This document shows positions 39,616 to 49,044 of a DNA stretch of 64,000 nt, piece after piece (position 1 is the first letter of the stretch; each line of letters begins with the position of its first letter). Below the pieces are notes generated by a model. The model did no database searches. It saw nothing but the letters and a program-made list of their open reading frames with translations, and was not told the DNA's origin. The position numbers and the translations under genes were made by a program. Origin of the DNA: Nitrospiraceae bacterium (GTDB lineage Bacteria; Nitrospirota; Nitrospiria; Nitrospirales; Nitrospiraceae); NCBI GenBank assembly GCA_037442105.1, contig JBBIQV010000009.1, forward strand, positions 1-64,000. Direction: 5' to 3'.

Positions 39616-40778
39616 AGGTCGTCGAGCCCCCCGCCGTCGTTGCACCCAGCCCACGACGGGCCGGCGCCCACCATCGGCAGCTCGCGGCGTGTCCCCTCAC
39701 CCTTCTCTCTCCCCTCAGAGGAGAGGGAGAGGGAGAGGGGAGGTTGCGGATAGTGGAAGGTCTTGTTCTCGTAGTTCCTCAGGATCGCGCCCTCGTCGTC
39801 CATATGGACCAGGTAATCGCCGGGGAGCAACGGAATTTTCCCACCGCCGCCAGGAGCATCGATCACGAAATGCGGGACGGCCATTCCGCTGGTGTGTCCC
39901 TGCAGCGCCTTGATGATGTTGAGGCCGGTTTCGATGGTGGTCCTGAAGTGATTGGTGCCCTTTGTCAGGTCGGCTTGATAGAGGTAGTAGGGCTTGACGC
40001 GCGCGAGCAGCAGTTGGTGCACCAACCGCTTCATTACTTCCGGGTCGTCATTGACTCCTTTGAGCAACACCGTTTGCGCGCCGAGGGGCACGCCGGTATC
40101 GGCGAGCCTGCCACAGGCCGCTTTTACTTCCGGCGTCAATTCGTCCGGATGGTTGAAATGCAGGTTCAGATAGATCGGATGGTATTTCTTGATCATCTCG
40201 CAGAGCTTGGGGGTGATCCGTTGGGGCAAGGTACCCGGCACACGCGAACCGATGCGGATCAGCTCCAGGTGAGGGATCGTCCGCAGCGCCTTGAGCACTC
40301 GTTCAAGCAGGTGATCCGGCAACAGCAGCGGGTCCCCACCGGAGAGGATCACATCCCGAACTTCCGTATGCTCATGGAGGTAGGTGATTGCCCGATCCAA
40401 CTCGCCCTTCTTGAGGAACCCCGGTTTTCCCACCAACCGCTTCCTGGTGCAGAATCGGCAGTAGACAGGACATTGGTTCGTTACCATCAGCAAAACGCGG
40501 TCGGGATAGCGGTGCACGAGATGTGGTACCGGGCTCATCAGATCCTCTTCGAGCGGATCGTTTTCCGCATCCGCGTCCGCCGTCTCCGCGCTGTCGGGTA
40601 CTACTTGCTTCCAGATGGCGTCGCCCTTCTCCTTGATCGTGGCCATGACAGTCGGAGTGATACGCATGGGGTAATCGCCGACCACGGCCTCGATTTCTTT
40701 TGCGTCGAGGCCAAGGCGATCCGCGAGGTCTTTTGGCTTGACGACGCTCTCAGCGAGTATCTGTCTCCATTCCTCCAT
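39612..40778 (-). CDS. kamA: KamA-family radical SAM enzyme, probable lysine 2,3-aminomutase
   Basis: HRYPDRVL, CPVYCRFCTR, SGGDPL, HFNHP, YYLYQADL and IDAPGGGGKIP (PLP lysine). Confidence 0.88.
   Translation of the reverse strand: MEEWRQILAESVVKPKDLADRLGLDAKEIEAVVGDYPMRITPTVMATIKEKGDAIWKQVVPDSAETADADAENDPLEEDLMSPVPHLVHRYPDRVLLMVTNQCPVYCRFCTRKRLVGKPGFLKKGELDRAITYLHEHTEVRDVILSGGDPLLLPDHLLERVLKALRTIPHLELIRIGSRVPGTLPQRITPKLCEMIKKYHPIYLNLHFNHPDELTPEVKAACGRLADTGVPLGAQTVLLKGVNDDPEVMKRLVHQLLLARVKPYYLYQADLTKGTNHFRTTIETGLNIIKALQGHTSGMAVPHFVIDAPGGGGKIPLLPGDYLVHMDDEGAILRNYENKTFHYPQPPLSLSLSSEGREKGEGTRRELPMVGAGPSWAGCNDGGGLDDL
39693..39740. repeat. 48-bp purine/pyrimidine palindrome (CCCCTCACCC...GAGAGGGG), in frame within kamA
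   Basis: cccctcacccttctctctcccctc-agag-gagagggagagggagagggg encodes PLSLSLSSEGREKGEG (16 codons). Confidence 0.75.
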
Positions 40779-40824
40779 GCATAACTCCTTGGTAGGTGCG
40801 GGGCGAAAGGCAGGAGGCAACAGG

Positions 40825-41118
40825 CTATAGGCTGCAGGAAGGAGCCTCTTCTCCATCGCCCATCGCCCCGTGCCCATTACCGGGCTTTCCGTACCGCTCG
40901 TCCAGATGAGTCAGAATCTCGTACGTCTCGGTCAGGACGGTATCCCCATCTTTGAGCACCGGCACATAGTACTGGCCGGATATGTCGTGCACCTGCTTCC
41001 GCATAGGGCGAAAGTCCGGCACTACGACGTCTTCATAGGCAAGGCCCAACTCCGACAATTTCTTGCGCACCAGCGCGCATTCAGGGCACCAGTGGACGTG
41101 GTAGAGCGTGAGCGCCAT
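40825..41118 (-). CDS. Glutaredoxin/GST-N-like protein
   Basis: WCPEC dithiol and SGQYYVPVLKDGD. The C-terminal tail is encoded by a heptamer array (40801-40881). Confidence 0.88.
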   Translation of the reverse strand: MALTLYHVHWCPECALVRKKLSELGLAYEDVVVPDFRPMRKQVHDISGQYYVPVLKDGDTVLTETYEILTHLDERYGKPGNGHGAMGDGEEAPSCSL

Positions 41119-41120
41119 AG

Positions 41121-41200
41121 TGAAAAATGAAAAATTCAAAATGCGAAATTAACGAGGTCTGATCCTCGATTTTGCATTGTATATTTCTAATTTTGCATTT
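41121..41200. repeat. Inverted A/T-rich 7-mer array (AAAATGC type)
   Basis: tgaaaaa tgaaaaa ttcaaaa tgcgaaa ... ttttgca ttgtata tttctaa ttttgca. Related arrays at 15432-15466 and 63922-63982. Confidence 0.8.
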
Positions 41201-42722
41201 GAACGGCGCACGGCACCATGATTGCGTCTTTCATGCCGTGAATCACTTTCTTGTCCGAGGGACACACCGTGGCCAGGATGCCGGCCAGTTCCGCCTGTTC
41301 GCCGGTGACGAAATAATAGGGCGAGAGCCGCACGCGCCCGGACATCGACGCAACCTCGTTCGTCGCAGGTTCCAGATAGGTCATCTCATAGACCTTCCCC
41401 TTGTGGAACTCCTGGAGGATGAAGGGGGTGGTCGGGAAAGACGCCAAGGCATGCTCGATTGCCGCGGTCCACTCGGTTTGCGGCAGATCGTGTCCTACAG
41501 AGACGCCTCGACTGCCCCAGGCCAGCTCCGAAAATCCGGAAGGCTTGATGACGTAATGACGCTCTTTCCGGGTCGCGCGTGCAAGCTCGCGCCAATCGGT
41601 CACTGGGCGGCCACCGAGCTCGAGTCCTGGGATCGTCGCGGTCGGGGGCACGGGGCGTGGATCGAGAATCCAGGTCCGTGGTATCAGTGTGGAGAGATTG
41701 GCGAACATCGCTTCTCCCAATTCGCGCAGCCAGAATGGTCTCAGTACAGGGTGATGGAGCAGAGCGAAAGTCAGCTTTTCCTCCAGCGCCGGCTTGTAGG
41801 GTGGGGTTACCACAACGTGGCTCTTCTTCGTGCTGTACAGGACGAGTTCGGCTTTCGGAATATTTTTCAGGTCGAACAGTTCAAAGAATCGATAGATGAG
41901 GCCGACTGGCCATTCGCCGGTGTCGGTTGAGAGAAAAAGGCCCTCTTCTATAAAGCGCACGTCGCGAGGCTCGACGCAATAGGCCTCCGTGCCGGATTCC
42001 CGCAACCGTGCGGCGAGCCAAGTCATCTCGGGCCGGTAGTCTTTGGCTTCATCCGAGACGATGATCGCAACGCAGCCTGGCGACGTGCCCTGTTGAGCGC
42101 GCAACATGGCGGAAAATCCCCGGACCATGCCATCACGCCCGCCGACGATTTCGAATAGGCGATGGGCGATGGGCGATGGACAATGGGCAGAGGGTGCAGT
42201 CAAGGCCCCCTTGTCTTCCCATTGCCCATAGACCTGTGCCATACAGGCGGTCAGGCCGATGCCGCCGGGAACCGAATCCAGTTCAGTGATTACCAGGCCG
42301 TCTGCGGTCGGGATGACATCCGGACGGATGACGGCAGGCAAGAGATCCTTGAAACGTCTCATGCGACTAAATGTAACCAGTGATTCCGGCTTGCCCTGGT
42401 CGAGATATGCTGCTACCCACGCAGGCTGGGTTCCCCGTACGCTTTCTTGATAGAGCCGGTTGAGAGCTCGATAGAATGCGAGCAGGTCCGTCCCCAGAGC
42501 ATGGAAGAACGACACTTGCTCATGGGATAGGGGGAACGGGGCTGGCGCAATCCGCCACTGAGGGACCATCCCCTGCCTTTGTGGGAGACTTGCCGTAGCC
42601 GGTTCGTCCGCTTGCGAGGCGGCGAAGAGACCGGCTCGGATCAGCGAGTCACGGATGGTGGAGCAGCGGCGGTGGGCGGTGTCGGACCCTATCTTTTCGG
42701 AGAGATGCTGTGTCAGTGCCAA
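41187..42722 (-). CDS. Circularly permuted ATP-grasp / glutathionylspermidine-synthase-like ligase
   Basis: IRPDVI...ITELDSVPGG, IYRFFE, EEKL, YVIKPSGFSELAWGSRGV and ILQEF. TTG start with a GAGG RBS inferred. Confidence 0.65.
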   Translation of the reverse strand: MALTQHLSEKIGSDTAHRRCSTIRDSLIRAGLFAASQADEPATASLPQRQGMVPQWRIAPAPFPLSHEQVSFFHALGTDLLAFYRALNRLYQESVRGTQPAWVAAYLDQGKPESLVTFSRMRRFKDLLPAVIRPDVIPTADGLVITELDSVPGGIGLTACMAQVYGQWEDKGALTAPSAHCPSPIAHRLFEIVGGRDGMVRGFSAMLRAQQGTSPGCVAIIVSDEAKDYRPEMTWLAARLRESGTEAYCVEPRDVRFIEEGLFLSTDTGEWPVGLIYRFFELFDLKNIPKAELVLYSTKKSHVVVTPPYKPALEEKLTFALLHHPVLRPFWLRELGEAMFANLSTLIPRTWILDPRPVPPTATIPGLELGGRPVTDWRELARATRKERHYVIKPSGFSELAWGSRGVSVGHDLPQTEWTAAIEHALASFPTTPFILQEFHKGKVYEMTYLEPATNEVASMSGRVRLSPYYFVTGEQAELAGILATVCPSDKKVIHGMKDAIMVPCAVQMQN

Positions 42723-42857
42723 TGATTGTGTCCTCGATACCTTGATCACGCCTACAGAGGCAGGACGGTTCCCTCTGCATGCCGGTGAAATCGTAACATG
42801 GGCTGGCGGCTCACACAAGAGGACCTGCGGGGCAGGCGTGGGGATGGAGTGGGGTGT

Positions 42858-43871
42858 CTAGCGAGCAGAGATTGCTTGGGAGGTCTGTTCCGGATTGAAG
42901 ACTCGGACACAGTTTCTGCCGGATTTCTTCGCCGTGTAGACGGCTGCGTCTGCCGCTGCGATCAGGTCGGACGGGCAGGAGGCATGGAGGGGGAAGGTGG
43001 CGATGCCGATGCTGCACGTGAGTGAAAACTGGGGTGAGATGATGGTTGCTAATTCAGGCAGCAGCATCAAGGTCGTCACGCGATGGCGCAGGCGCTCCGC
43101 CACCGTGACGGCTCCGTCCACCGTCGCGTTCGCCAGCACCACGGCAAACTCCTCGCCTCCATAGCGGGCGGCGACGTCGGATGGACGCCCGCCCCTCTGG
43201 GCTCGGACGATGGGTTGGTGGCTGTCAAGCAACCAGCCCATCTCGCGGAGGACTTGATCGCCGGCGGCGTGGCCGTAAGTGTCGTTGATCGTTTTGAAGT
43301 GGTCGATATCCACGAACAGCAAGGACAGCGGTGTCTCGGTGCGCTGAGCTTGGACCATCATCATGACGAGGGTCTCTTGGAAGTGTGAGTGATTGTAGAG
43401 ACCCGTGAGACCGTCCCGCGTCGAACGGTCTTGGAGCTGTTGGTTGGCAAAGAGGAGTTCTCGATTGGTTTCTTCGAGCTGTTTATTCAGTAGCTCGGTG
43501 CGCATCTGTTGACGTTTCAATTCGGTGATGTCGGTGATGACCTCGACGACGTGGATGCGCCCATCGATCGTTTCGGCTTTCGACCATTGGATGAGGAGAT
43601 GTTCGTCATTTGGCAAAGGCACTTCGTTGGTCGTGATCGTTCCGGTCTGCACCGCCTCCGGCATTTTGCAGAATGGGCAGGGGGTCGAGCGGCCCAACAA
43701 CTTTTCGTAGCATGTCTGGTTGGAGATGTTGCCGAATTTCGAGATGGATGTCTTGTTCTGAAAGACGGCTTTGTGCGAAGCAGGGTCGATTATGGTGAAG
43801 ATGACCGGCTGACTGTTGAGGAGGGTTTGCGGATCATAGTGAACGGGTTGTTGTTCTTTGGGTGTCGACAT
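42858..43871 (-). CDS. PAS-like sensor diguanylate cyclase
   Basis: DGLTGLYN, DIDHFKTINDTYGH, RPSD I-site and RYGGEEF. N-terminal CY..LLG...PCPFC motif. Confidence 0.9.
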   Translation of the reverse strand: MSTPKEQQPVHYDPQTLLNSQPVIFTIIDPASHKAVFQNKTSISKFGNISNQTCYEKLLGRSTPCPFCKMPEAVQTGTITTNEVPLPNDEHLLIQWSKAETIDGRIHVVEVITDITELKRQQMRTELLNKQLEETNRELLFANQQLQDRSTRDGLTGLYNHSHFQETLVMMMVQAQRTETPLSLLFVDIDHFKTINDTYGHAAGDQVLREMGWLLDSHQPIVRAQRGGRPSDVAARYGGEEFAVVLANATVDGAVTVAERLRHRVTTLMLLPELATIISPQFSLTCSIGIATFPLHASCPSDLIAAADAAVYTAKKSGRNCVRVFNPEQTSQAISAR

Positions 43872-44087
43872 GGTTGATTCACGGGCACGACAAGTGTCAG
43901 GTAAGCAGTGTTCCACTGATGTCCCGCTCGGTCAAGAAAATGGTGCGTTCTCTCCTCTCATCGCAGCGCCGACAGAGCCGGAAAAGTGATGAAGCGTTAG
44001 GACTCGTTGGACAACGATGGTACAATGGCGAACAACTCCTCGAAGGATCCCATGCCGGTCGCTCTCCTTGGAACAAGTCGCATAACC

Positions 44088-45602
44088 ATGAGTCCACGTC
44101 ACCCATTACCCCAGGTAGTTCCTAGCCGGACCTGCCTGGTGTGTGATGTCTGCTGCCGGTTTCCCGAACGGGACAGCGTTCTGCGTCCCTATTTCACCGG
44201 TGAGGAGATCATGCATGCCGTCGAACAGGGGGCGAGTCCCGGCTGGTTTCCTGATCCGGCTGGTTCGCAAGTGACGGTCGTGCCGAGCCGGCAAGGGGAC
44301 GGTTATCTCTGTCCCGCTTTCGACCCGGCGACATCTCAGTGCCGCCTCTACGAGGCGCGGCCCCTCGATTGCCAACTGTATCCGCTGGCGGTGATGTGGA
44401 ATGCGGAACACGACCAAGTGGTTCTCGGATGGGATACGAAATGTCCCTTCATGCGCGAGAATGCGTTAGGCGTGAGGCGTGAGGCGTTAGGGGTCGCTTC
44501 ACCCGAAGTCTGGATGTACGTCAACCGGATTGCGGAACGGCTTGAACAAGAAGAGATGCTGGATACCTTCGTGAAGCATCCACGGTTGATCGGTAGGTTT
44601 CAGGAGGACGTTGTTGTCCTGCGGCCTCTTCTGCAGGTGACGGAGCGCCTGACGCCTGACTCCTTACCCCTGACCACTCACCATTTACCCTTCACGCCTC
44701 ACCGTCCCCTCACGTTGGCCGACCGCCCGCGATTTGAAGAAGCGTTTGCGGCCATCGAATGGATCGGCGGTGGGCCGTTGGCGGCCTATTCGTTCCCCTA
44801 CCATTGTATCTGGCGGGCGCTGCTCTCCTATTGGTGGATCGAGATCGACGGTCATCTATGTCTTTTCGCCGAGTCGCCGGACGGGGTATTCATGCCCTTG
44901 CCGCCGCTGGGGACTGGACCGGTTACCGGTGCGGTAGCCGAAGCCTTTCGGATCATGCAGGAGCGGAATCGCGGCAGGGCTGTGACGCGGGTCGAGAACG
45001 TACCGGCTGGACTGAAGGCGGAGTTGGAACGGGCTGGGTACCGGCTCGCGCCGAAGGATGTCGACTATTTCTATCGCGCCGCCGATCTCGTGACTCTCGC
45101 CGGGGATCGTTACAAATCGCAGCGAGCGGCCTGCAATCGTTTTGGGCGGGAACAGGGTGGCCTTCTGGAATCGTATGAAAGTCGGGACCAAGACGAATGT
45201 CTCGCCCTTTACCGAGACTGGCGGGACCAGAAGCTGGCCAAGGGGATGGAGGAATCTGCGAGATCGTTGCTGGCCGATTCCGAGGCGGCGCACCGCGAGG
45301 CGTTCGCGCACTATACGGCGTTGGGGTTAGCCGGCGCTGTCGTGCGTGTGAAGGGAGCGATTCGTGCCTACACATTCGGATACTGGCTCGCGCCCTCCGT
45401 CTTCTGTGTGTTGCTGGAAGCAGCGGATCGGACCATTCCTGGGCTCGCTCAGTTCCTGTTCCGTGAATTCTGCGCCAGGGCTCAGGCCCAGGGAGCGGAC
45501 TTCATCAACACGATGGATGATTCCGGCCTTGCCGGTTTGGCCAAGTCGAAGCAAGAGTACCATCCGATCGAGCTGATCCCGAACTGGATCGCCACCGTGT
45601 GA
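44088..45602 (+). CDS. YkgJ/FliB-type Cys-cluster domain fused to a DUF2156 (tRNA-dependent aminoacyltransferase-like) domain
   Basis: CLVCDVCC...CPAF...CRLYEARPLDCQLYP at the N-terminus. C-terminal DYFY..DL..LAG, INTMDDSG..GL..SK..YHP. Start uncertain (44052 or 44088). Confidence 0.8.
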   Translation: MSPRHPLPQVVPSRTCLVCDVCCRFPERDSVLRPYFTGEEIMHAVEQGASPGWFPDPAGSQVTVVPSRQGDGYLCPAFDPATSQCRLYEARPLDCQLYPLAVMWNAEHDQVVLGWDTKCPFMRENALGVRREALGVASPEVWMYVNRIAERLEQEEMLDTFVKHPRLIGRFQEDVVVLRPLLQVTERLTPDSLPLTTHHLPFTPHRPLTLADRPRFEEAFAAIEWIGGGPLAAYSFPYHCIWRALLSYWWIEIDGHLCLFAESPDGVFMPLPPLGTGPVTGAVAEAFRIMQERNRGRAVTRVENVPAGLKAELERAGYRLAPKDVDYFYRAADLVTLAGDRYKSQRAACNRFGREQGGLLESYESRDQDECLALYRDWRDQKLAKGMEESARSLLADSEAAHREAFAHYTALGLAGAVVRVKGAIRAYTFGYWLAPSVFCVLLEAADRTIPGLAQFLFREFCARAQAQGADFINTMDDSGLAGLAKSKQEYHPIELIPNWIATV

Positions 45603-45618
45603 CACGAGGGATCGACCT

Positions 45619-47982
45619 ATGAACACCTCAGGTTCGGCGGAACAACCACCCTACCGGTGGCTCCCGTTGTTGACCGCGGCCGTGACCATCGTCATCCTGA
45701 TGATCGGGACGCTGCTGCTCTACTATGTCGAGAAGCGCCTTGTCGCATACACCGGCGAAGAACCGACGTTGGCAGCGGTGGCGATCGCCGGAGCCCTCGT
45801 GTGGTTGCCGCTGGTGGCCCTGTTGTTCTGGGCAACCAGCCGCTTACGGGCTCAATACCGGCAGGCTCAGCAGGAGGGTGAGTGGGCGCAGGCGGCGGAG
45901 GCGGCGCTGCTCCAAAGCCAGGAACGCAATCGCGCCATCGTCGATACGGCGCTCGACGGAGTGATCACCATGGATGCAGCAGGGGTGATCACGGATTGGA
46001 ACGCGCAGGCGTCGAAGATTTTCGGCTGGACACGCGAAGAGGCATTGGGCCGGATACTGTCCGATACGGTCATTCCAGCACGGGATCGGGCCGCCCATAA
46101 GCGGGGCTTGCAAGAGTTCCTGGCCACGGGGAAAGGACCCATCCTCAATCAACGCATCGAAATTATCGCCTGTCACCGGGACGGGCATGAGTTCCCGGTC
46201 GAACTAGCCGTCTCGCCGGCCCGAGTGGGGGACATGCACATCTTCAGCGCGTTCATCCGCGACATCACGGAACGGAAGCTGGCCGAGCGCCGGCTGGCAT
46301 CGCAGTATGCCGTTTCGCGGGTCCTGGCGGAATCGGCGACGCTGGAAGAGGCCGGCCCCAAGATCCTGCAGGCGATCTGCGAAAATCTCGAATGGGAACT
46401 CGGCGTTTTCTGGAAGGTGGACAAGCCGGGGAATGTCCTGCGCTGTTTGGATCTGTGGCGCGCTCCATCGCTTCAGGCCGACGAATTCATCGCTGCGACC
46501 TGGCAATTGACCTTCCCTCTGGGGACCGGGCTACCGGGGCGAGTGTGGGCGAACGGTGAACCGATGTGGATTCCGGACGTGATGTCCGACGGCAATTACC
46601 CTCGAATGGATGTTGCGGGAAAAGCGGGGCTGCATGGGGCGTTTGGCTTTCCTATCCGTGTCGCCGGTGAGGTGGAAGGCGTGATCGAACTCTATAACCG
46701 GCAAGTGCGGGAACCCGATGACGAACTGCTGAAAATGGTGGCGGATATCGGATTGAAGATCGGCCAATTCGGCGAACGTACCCGCGTAGTAGACGCGCTT
46801 CGGCAGACAGAGGCGCAGTTGCGCCAGTCGCAAAAAATGGAAGCGGTGGGACGGCTGGCCGGCGGGGTGGCCCACGATTTCAACAACCTGCTCACAGTGA
46901 TCCGCGGGTACAGCGAGTTGATCTTGAACAGGCTTGCGGCAGGCGATGCGCTGCGTAAAGAGATGGAAGAGGTCAAAAAAGCGGCGGACCGTGCCGCCGG
47001 CTTGACCGGGCAACTGCTGGCATTCAGCCGGCGGCAGTTCATCGCGCCGAAAATCATCGATCTGAACACCGTCGTTTCCAATATGGACGGGATGTTGCGC
47101 CGGTTGTTGGGTGAAGACATCATCGAGTTGTGTACGGTGCTCGATGCCGAAGTAGGGCAAATCAAGGCAGATCCAGGCCAACTGGAGCAAGTCATCATGA
47201 ACCTTGCGGTCAACGCGAGGGATGCCATGCCGAACGGGGGCCAACTCACCATCGAAACCCGCAACGTGGACATTCCCAAACGGGGCCGTCGCCAGCCGGA
47301 GGGAATCGAGCCTGGTCCCTATGTTCTGCTGAGCATGCGCGATACCGGTCATGGTATGGATGAGGAGACCAAGTCGCACCTCTTCGAACCATTCTTTACG
47401 ACCAAGGAAAAAGGCAAGGGCACGGGACTGGGGCTCTCGACGGTGTACGGTATCGTCAAACAGAGCGGAGGAGCCCTCGCGGTCGAGAGCAGCCCTGGGC
47501 AGGGGGCAACGTTCAAGATCTACTTCCCGCGGGTTGAGGGAGCGGTGCACAGAGACGACAATGGCGCCGGCGGTGGCGAACAGGCACGGGGGAAAGAGAC
47601 TGTGTTGGTCGTGGAAGATGAGCCGGGAGTGCGCGGTCTGGTGCAGGAAACCTTACGGTTACATGGTTACACAGTCCTGGAGGCACGCCACGGCATTGAG
47701 GCGTTGCTGACCGGCGCGAAACACATGGGACCGATTCATTTGTTGTTGACCGATGTCGTCATGCCGCAAATGAGCGGGCCGGAGGTGGCGGAAAAACTCT
47801 TGGTCGTCCGGCCGGCGATGAAAGTGCTCTACATGTCCGGCTATCCCGACCATCCGGTTTTCTCACAGGGAAAAGTGAAGACCGACACCGCCTTCCTCCA
47901 GAAACCGTTCGCGCCCAACCAACTGGTTCAGAAAGTGCGCGAAGTCCTCGACAGTATCAATCGCGTGACAAGCGGCGCGTGA
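45619..47982 (+). CDS. Hybrid sensor histidine kinase (2TM-PAS-GAF-HisKA-HATPase-REC)
   Basis: AHDFNNLL H-box, NARDAM, DTGHGM, GTGLGL and receiver LLTDVVMP. Confidence 0.93.
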   Translation: MNTSGSAEQPPYRWLPLLTAAVTIVILMIGTLLLYYVEKRLVAYTGEEPTLAAVAIAGALVWLPLVALLFWATSRLRAQYRQAQQEGEWAQAAEAALLQSQERNRAIVDTALDGVITMDAAGVITDWNAQASKIFGWTREEALGRILSDTVIPARDRAAHKRGLQEFLATGKGPILNQRIEIIACHRDGHEFPVELAVSPARVGDMHIFSAFIRDITERKLAERRLASQYAVSRVLAESATLEEAGPKILQAICENLEWELGVFWKVDKPGNVLRCLDLWRAPSLQADEFIAATWQLTFPLGTGLPGRVWANGEPMWIPDVMSDGNYPRMDVAGKAGLHGAFGFPIRVAGEVEGVIELYNRQVREPDDELLKMVADIGLKIGQFGERTRVVDALRQTEAQLRQSQKMEAVGRLAGGVAHDFNNLLTVIRGYSELILNRLAAGDALRKEMEEVKKAADRAAGLTGQLLAFSRRQFIAPKIIDLNTVVSNMDGMLRRLLGEDIIELCTVLDAEVGQIKADPGQLEQVIMNLAVNARDAMPNGGQLTIETRNVDIPKRGRRQPEGIEPGPYVLLSMRDTGHGMDEETKSHLFEPFFTTKEKGKGTGLGLSTVYGIVKQSGGALAVESSPGQGATFKIYFPRVEGAVHRDDNGAGGGEQARGKETVLVVEDEPGVRGLVQETLRLHGYTVLEARHGIEALLTGAKHMGPIHLLLTDVVMPQMSGPEVAEKLLVVRPAMKVLYMSGYPDHPVFSQGKVKTDTAFLQKPFAPNQLVQKVREVLDSINRVTSGA

Positions 47983-48058
47983 CGAGTGAGGGGAAGAAAC
48001 CTGTAGCTCGCCGTGTCGGCTTGATCTTGCCACAGGTTCCGGTTTATCGTGGCTGCTC

Positions 48059-48871
48059 ATGAAAGGGCAGGAACTCGACATCGACCAGTATCTGGTCCGC
48101 GACGAGCCGTACTATGCGGAGGTGCGGGGCGAGGTCGGCCTGTTCGGCATCGCCGCGAAAAACCGGATGCCGGTGATGCTCAAGGGGCCGACCGGTTGCG
48201 GCAAGACGCGCTTCGTCCAGCACATGGCCTATCGGCTGGGCCGGCCGCTGATTACGGTCGCCTGCCATGAAGACCTCACGGCCTCCGACCTCGTCGGACG
48301 GTTCTTGCTCAAGGGGCAGGAGACTGTGTGGGTCGATGGACCGCTCACCCTGGGCGTCAAGCACGGGGCCATCGTCTATCTGGACGAAATCGTCGAGGCT
48401 CGTAAGGACACCACCGTCATCATCCATCCGCTCAGCGACGACCGGCGCGTGCTTCCGATCGAGAAGAAAGGCCAGATCATCGAGGCGGTCGAGAACTTCA
48501 TGCTCGTGATTTCCTACAACCCCGGCTATCAGAGCGTGCTGAAAGAGTTGAAACAGAGCACGAAGCAGCGGTTTATGGCGATCGAGTTCGATTACCCGAC
48601 ACCGGCGATCGAGATGCAGGTGGTCGTGCGCGAAGCCGGTGTGAGCGACGAGATCGCACAGAAGCTCGTGAAGCTGGGCGAGAAAGTCCGGAATCTCAAA
48701 AATCATGGGCTGGAAGAAGGCGTGAGCACGAGATTGCTCATCTATGCCGGCATCTTGATCAAGCAAGGCGTCTCGCCCACTCGCGCCTGTGAGGTGGCTG
48801 TCAGCAGGCCCATCACGGACGATCCCGACATGCACCGAAGTATCGCTGAACTCGTGAAGGCGATTTTTTAG
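48059..48871 (+). CDS. CbbQ/NirQ/NorQ-family MoxR AAA+ ATPase
   Basis: [38 protein letters not shown] and STRLL. Confidence 0.93.
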   Translation: MKGQELDIDQYLVRDEPYYAEVRGEVGLFGIAAKNRMPVMLKGPTGCGKTRFVQHMAYRLGRPLITVACHEDLTASDLVGRFLLKGQETVWVDGPLTLGVKHGAIVYLDEIVEARKDTTVIIHPLSDDRRVLPIEKKGQIIEAVENFMLVISYNPGYQSVLKELKQSTKQRFMAIEFDYPTPAIEMQVVVREAGVSDEIAQKLVKLGEKVRNLKNHGLEEGVSTRLLIYAGILIKQGVSPTRACEVAVSRPITDDPDMHRSIAELVKAIF

Positions 48872-48879
48872 CAGGCTGT

Positions 48880-48969
48880 GGGCCGCCCAGGATAGGCCCT
48901 TGCTCCCGGAGCCCCCACTTAAGAAAGTGGTCGCTCGACGGCCGCAGATGGGCCAATCCAGGGCGGCCC
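48880..48969 (+). repeat. Structured hairpin element, copy 1
   Basis: 20-nt arms (18/20 paired) around the core TGCTCCCGGA...TCGCTCGACGGCCGCA. Confidence 0.8.
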
Positions 48970-49044
48970 GCAGCCGGTGGCGGGTAGAGCGAGAAGAATC
49001 CCTCCTTTGTCGCAGTACCGTTGTTACGCTCAACCTCGTCATAG

